Assembly (NCBI RefSeq): GCF_016278385.1
Contig: NZ_JADQBY010000003.1
Coordinates: forward strand, 641-64,640
Length of the DNA: 64,000 nucleotides
Direction: 5' to 3'
From: Methanolobus sp.
GTDB lineage: Archaea; Halobacteriota; Methanosarcinia; Methanosarcinales; Methanosarcinaceae
The stretch's first letter is position 1; every line of letters starts with the position of its first letter. Shown here one piece after another: positions 59,503 through 64,000 of the stretch. The notes under the pieces were generated by a model. That model ran no database searches and was not told the DNA's origin. It was given only the letters and a program-made list of their open reading frames with translations. The position numbers and the translations under genes were made by a program.

Positions 59503-60075
59503 ATGGATGATAAGCTCTTGATTCTGGATCTTGATGAAACACTGATACATTCAAGAGCTACCAGACTGGCGTATCAACATGATTTTCAATGCTCGGATTA
59601 TTATGTATATAAGCGTCCATATCTGGATGAGTTCTTGAGTTTCATAGCTTCATCATTTGAAATAGCAATTTGGACCTCCGCAAATTCAGAATATGCAAAA
59701 TGTATTATTTCGAATATTTTTCCAGCAAACTACCCAATAACGTTCATCTGGTCCAGGGAAAGATGTACTCCATTGTATTTTCATCCTTCAGAAAGTATTG
59801 ATATGGATTCTCATATTTACATAAAGGACTTGAAGAAAATTAAAAACCGAGGCTATGACCTGACCAGAGTACTGGTAATAGATGATTCTCCTAAGCAATT
59901 ACAGCGCAGTTATGGCAATCTGGTTCCTGTTAATCCATTTTTGGGAGACAGAGATGATGACGACTTAGAACTTCTTAAAACATACCTTACCTTTCTAAAT
60001 GAGTCTGATGATGTAAGGGTTATTGAGAAACGAGGATGGCAAAGTTCCTTCAGAAAAGAATTGTCCAGATATTAA
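59503..60075 (+). CDS. NIF/FCP1-SCP1-like HAD phosphatase
   Basis: LILDLDETLIH, KRPYLDEFL, IWTS, IDDSP. Confidence 0.85.
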   Translation: MDDKLLILDLDETLIHSRATRLAYQHDFQCSDYYVYKRPYLDEFLSFIASSFEIAIWTSANSEYAKCIISNIFPANYPITFIWSRERCTPLYFHPSESIDMDSHIYIKDLKKIKNRGYDLTRVLVIDDSPKQLQRSYGNLVPVNPFLGDRDDDDLELLKTYLTFLNESDDVRVIEKRGWQSSFRKELSRY

Positions 60076-60320
60076 TTCTAGTTACCAGTTATTGTTTAGT
60101 TATCTGAACTTATTCAAATTATGATCATAGAAATCCTGATTTCACTATTAGCAGGTGCTATCTTTGCTTATAGGATATTATTGAAATTTGTAGATAATAT
60201 ATATCATTATAATGTATTCATATTCTGCTTAAAGGAGGAGTACAGTCTTAAATTATACACATGTTATATTTTTATAGTTACCAACTAAAAGACTAAAACA
60301 TATTTGTATAAAATCACATC

Positions 60321-60356
60321 TAAAGCATCATAAAGTATTATCAAGTAAAAAAAACA
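60321..60356 (+). promoter_or_regulatory. Conserved upstream motif, copy 3
   Basis: TAAAGCATCATAAAGTATTATCAAGTAAAAAAAACA. Confidence 0.55.
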
Positions 60357-60534
60357 ATTATATGTCGTCTTTTTCATGTAAAGCATTCCGAAAGTTTGTA
60401 TGAAGTAAAGTATGTTTATATCCGACTCTGCAAATCTGGAATATGTAAGCGGAAGTTCAAATTGGTTTTATCCTAGCAACCTCTTGAACTGCCACTTACA
60501 TCAAAAACGGGAAAATAATGCAGAGGTAAATAAA

Positions 60535-60801
60535 ATGAAAATAAGAACATTGACATTGGTTGCTCTGGCAATCATGATGGTAAGCATGTTTACTGTGACC
60601 GCTATGGCTAAAGATCAGCTTAAAACCCAGGATCAGTTGAAAGATGGAACATGCCTGGACTCAACAACTTTTGTAGATGCTGACGGTAACGGCGTATGCG
60701 ACAACTACGCAGATGCAATCTGCGATGGCAGCAACTGCAAGGGAACTGGCGACCGTGACGGAAACCAGGACAGAGCAAGAGACGGTTCATGCCAGGCATA
60801 A
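60535..60801 (+). CDS. Small secreted Cys/Asp-rich protein
   Basis: GAGGT RBS; signal peptide; FVDADGNGVCDN and repeated (K/R)DG(T/S)C. Confidence 0.7.
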   Translation: MKIRTLTLVALAIMMVSMFTVTAMAKDQLKTQDQLKDGTCLDSTTFVDADGNGVCDNYADAICDGSNCKGTGDRDGNQDRARDGSCQA

Positions 60802-60843
60802 ACTAATTTAAATGGAGTATGAGTGGGGAATAAATATCAATGT

Positions 60844-61114
60844 ACCGATGTGCCTGACTTTACACTAAAAGAACAAAATAGTCCGGGCATCGGTCTGACA
60901 TCACAGCATCTGAAGTCACAGAAATAGAGAACAGTATCTGTGATAGAAGCAACTGACGGGGAGATAGAAATTGTGATGCAGAAAAACTAAAGAGATGAAT
61001 CCAGTCAGGATTTAACGTGGGGATAAAAATAAACCCGAAAGGGTTTCGAAAAACGGAAATCCGGCTGTAAGCCGGATCAATTTACTTATAACTAAATCAT
61101 AACTAAATCATAAT
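60844..61114 (+). other. Multi-hairpin intergenic region (candidate structured RNA)
   Basis: At least five stems, plus an 11-bp tandem repeat ATAACTAAATC x2 at 61088-61109. Confidence 0.45.
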
Positions 61115-61193
61115 CTTTATCAGATTCATTTATTATACTACTAAGTAAGAGATTTACAAATAAACAGAGATATTGGAATTGGAGGGTTGTACT

Positions 61194-62705
61194 ATGAAAA
61201 AACAAGGTTTGAGGATATTTGCATATTTTGCCGTGGTGCTGATGCTGGTAAGCATTCTTCCGGCAGGGGCACTTGCAGCATCAGATAATGGACAGAACAG
61301 CGACAATGGAATGTCAGAAGACAATGGTCGGGACAACAGTAATGCTGACGACAACAGTGCTGACGACTCAGATAATACAGAAGAAGATAATGAGCCGCCT
61401 GGTATCCAGCAACATGACAGGGACCGGGATATGGTAAATGCAAATGAAGATGCAACAAGAGAAATGGCAGCTAACAAGGAAATAAATAAAGCAGAACATA
61501 TCAAGGAATCAAAAGCAGGCTACCAGTCAGCAAAGAACAATTTTGCCAGCATAAAATCCAAGAATCCAAACCTTGATACTGAAGAAGCTATTGAAGCTAC
61601 CAAGGAATACCTTGTGGGTTCCATTGATTACATGACCTCACTCCTTGAAGATGATGAATATATCATTGAACTTGAAGATGAAAGGGAGAATGTAAAAGCT
61701 GCAACCACAAGACAGGAACTTGCAGATTCTGCAAAGAACATCAGAAATATATGGAATGATGCCCGCAAAGATCGCGTTATGTCTGCAGGAAAAACAATTG
61801 ACAACAAGATCAATGCTGTTGTTAAAACATCTGAATCCCTTATAGTGCGCCTTGAGAATGAAATTGCCACCATGAAAGAAAATGGTGAAGATGTGGAAGA
61901 CCTTGAAGCCATGCTTGAGGAATATAAGGAATATATTGCTGATGCAAAGGAAAATCAGGAGCAGGCAAGAAATACCTATATGAATGGAAATGGCAACTAT
62001 GGTGAAAATGTCCGCGAAGCCAACAGATATGTGGCCCAGGCTGGCAAGGATATCAGGGATTCCAACGCAATCCTCAGGAACATGCTCCAGGAACTAAAGG
62101 AGCAGAGAGAAGGAGTTATTGTACTCAGCGGTGAAGGCACACTTGAAGCAACCGGAAATGGCACAGTTGTGATTTCCGGCGATGTTGTAATAGATCTTAC
62201 TGTAACAGACGCAAAGCTTGTTGTTAAGGATCTTGCAGGTGATGCAGTGATAAATGTTGATGATGCGGAATATGAAACATCAAACATCGATTCAGGCAAC
62301 AGCACAGACAATAACAGAGCATTTGTTTACCACAATATCACAGGGGATGTGACTATTGAAGGAAGCCGCCTTACCGTCATGATCCGCGGAGACGATATAG
62401 ACCTAACAGCTGAGGGAACCGGTACTGCGGTACTTGCAGGTACAGGCTCCTATACAGTTGATGGAGAATCAGGTGACTGGGCAAGCCGTTACGTTGATGA
62501 TTCATCAGAGAACGAGGATGAATCAGAGAACGAAATAGAAGAGGAAACAGAGGACGAGGTAGAAACAACCGGTGACGATGGAACTGAGGAGGAGTCAGAC
62601 GAAAGTTCTGAAGAAGATATCTCCGAAGAGGAAAGCACATCCGAAAATGATGAAGAAGACACCTCTGGAGACGATGTAGAAGATGAGAATGAAACCACAG
62701 TCTGA
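61194..62705 (+). CDS. Secreted acidic coiled-coil + beta-domain protein
   Basis: GGAGG RBS; signal peptide; helical core; D/E-rich ends. Confidence 0.8.
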   Translation: MKKQGLRIFAYFAVVLMLVSILPAGALAASDNGQNSDNGMSEDNGRDNSNADDNSADDSDNTEEDNEPPGIQQHDRDRDMVNANEDATREMAANKEINKAEHIKESKAGYQSAKNNFASIKSKNPNLDTEEAIEATKEYLVGSIDYMTSLLEDDEYIIELEDERENVKAATTRQELADSAKNIRNIWNDARKDRVMSAGKTIDNKINAVVKTSESLIVRLENEIATMKENGEDVEDLEAMLEEYKEYIADAKENQEQARNTYMNGNGNYGENVREANRYVAQAGKDIRDSNAILRNMLQELKEQREGVIVLSGEGTLEATGNGTVVISGDVVIDLTVTDAKLVVKDLAGDAVINVDDAEYETSNIDSGNSTDNNRAFVYHNITGDVTIEGSRLTVMIRGDDIDLTAEGTGTAVLAGTGSYTVDGESGDWASRYVDDSSENEDESENEIEEETEDEVETTGDDGTEEESDESSEEDISEEESTSENDEEDTSGDDVEDENETTV

Positions 62706-62735
62706 GAGAGAATACGATATAGGAGTTGATATGGA

Positions 62736-63002
62736 ATGACCAGATTAAGAAATATCGCCATCATCGCTGTTCTTGTCTTCGGTGTTGTGATTTCAGGATG
62801 TGCCGATAAAGGAACCACTGAAGAGGAAGCAGCAACAATCGATGCAAGCCAGGAATTAAGTATTGCGGATGAAGTTCTGAATGAAGAAATGGTTGGCGTT
62901 ACAGACACTGAGATCCAGGATCTTGAAGCTGAACTTGCAGAGCTTGAAGCACTCATCAATGAAATGGGACTTGAAGAAGACATTATTGTTGAAGAAATAT
63001 GA
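62736..63002 (+). CDS. Acidic lipoprotein, paralog 3
   Basis: FGVVISGC lipobox; EMVGVTDTEIQD...IIVEEI. Confidence 0.8.
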   Translation: MTRLRNIAIIAVLVFGVVISGCADKGTTEEEAATIDASQELSIADEVLNEEMVGVTDTEIQDLEAELAELEALINEMGLEEDIIVEEI

Positions 63003-63032
63003 ATGAATAACATTCATATTCTTTTTTCTTTT
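62998..63032 (+). terminator. Terminator shared with paralogous modules (also at about 58000 and 59300)
   Basis: TATGAATG...CATTCATA followed by a T-tract. Confidence 0.6.
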
Positions 63033-63170
63033 GATTTATGCAGAAATATTGCATGAATGCACATGCATCCTTTTAATGTTAATTTGCAGGAAACTTGTAA
63101 TTTGAACCAGATATCAGGTCCATGATTAAAATGGTTTTGTAGTTTTAAAAAAAGAAAAAAGGTAAGGACT

Positions 63171-64000
63171 TTAAAGTCCTCCTTCGCCCTTCTGTTTCTG
63201 AATTAACACATAACCAATACCTGTTATAGCTGCAATACCAAGTATCAGGTAGATGAATCCGAAACCACTCTCTTCTTCAACAGGCATTTCCTCTTCTTCA
63301 ACAGGAACTGGTGAGCCTGCAGGAACCTGTGATGTTTCAATTGGAGTTCCAAGCTGGTCACCTACAACCTCAAAGATGGAGAATCCAGGGGTTTCAGCAT
63401 AGAAGTAAATGTACTCATCATCTTCACTTTCCTGATATGTTGGCAGGTCATTCCAATGCTCATCATGATACCTTGTCATGCGGATAGTGGAGACATCGAT
63501 GTTGTTTTCTTCTATCCATTGCCTGCTCACCTTGAAGTGAATCCTGAGATTTTCAGCATTGTCAGAAGAGATAGTACCTTCATTTCCAACATCAATGCTC
63601 ATCACCTGATAGCAATTACCCGATTGAGCAGGAACACCTTCAGATACATCTGAAAGTACCTGTACCCTGGCAACAACAAGACCTTCATCGTCCTTTGCGT
63701 CAAAGCTTACACCAATAACAGGAATACCACTATCTGAGAAATCATAGTAAACTTCTGAACCACCAGTGACACGTATTACAGATGAGGCAGAGTTTGAAAC
63801 GATCTCCTGGTTCTGACCCTGACTGACTGATGCACGGGAGCCGGAACTGCTTGACCTTGAACTATCCGTACTTGGTGCTGTTGTTACGGTTATGGTCATA
63901 TTACTGCTTAGATTGCTTCCGGCAAGATTACTTGCATTCAGGCTTACGTTATAGATTCCTGTGACACTGTAGGTGTGAGTGGGGTTCTGCTGAGTTGAAT
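63171..64000 (-). CDS. PKD + PGF-pre-PGF surface protein (5' end outside window)
   Basis: Frame open to the window edge; STQQNPTHTY (PKD), AETPGFSIF, C-terminal TM. Confidence 0.88.
   Translation of the reverse strand, partial: STQQNPTHTYSVTGIYNVSLNASNLAGSNLSSNMTITVTTAPSTDSSRSSSSGSRASVSQGQNQEIVSNSASSVIRVTGGSEVYYDFSDSGIPVIGVSFDAKDDEGLVVARVQVLSDVSEGVPAQSGNCYQVMSIDVGNEGTISSDNAENLRIHFKVSRQWIEENNIDVSTIRMTRYHDEHWNDLPTYQESEDDEYIYFYAETPGFSIFEVVGDQLGTPIETSQVPAGSPVPVEEEEMPVEEESGFGFIYLILGIAAITGIGYVLIQKQKGEGGL

Overview
Chromosomal window from a Methanosarcinaceae methanogen; Methanolobus-like is an inference from the tandem-domain S-layer protein, PGF-pre-PGF protein, archaeal LonB, PpcA and tRNAs. In order it contains: (1) a glycogen synthesis/degradation cluster (1-14.8 kb) followed by an S-layer gene and transport genes; (2) a ~12.1-kb integrative element (22049-34162) inserted at the 3' end of tRNA-Gly(GCC) with 15-bp direct repeats; (3) a tRNA Val-Phe-Gly cluster and housekeeping genes (lonB, tldD/E, a two-component pair with a frameshifted regulator, lig, hom); (4) an AT-rich, decaying islet of bicarbonate/CO2- and purine-related genes (ppcA, carA::purP chimera, purE, purC, antiporter, IS1 remnant); (5) a membrane-anchored wHTH regulator facing repeated acidic lipoprotein/secreted-protein modules that share a conserved upstream motif. 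The integrative element encodes a tyrosine integrase, a DUF4258/DUF2283-type TA pair and four RHH regulators, three of them too small for the ORF track. It also carries an NrS-1-like primase-polymerase/AAA+ replicase with an intragenic convergent iteron array, and a tandem pair of paralogous helical proteins. It has no recognisable HK97 capsid, tail or conjugation genes, so its layout resembles a phage satellite (P4/PICI-like). All family assignments come from motif recognition by eye, not database searches.
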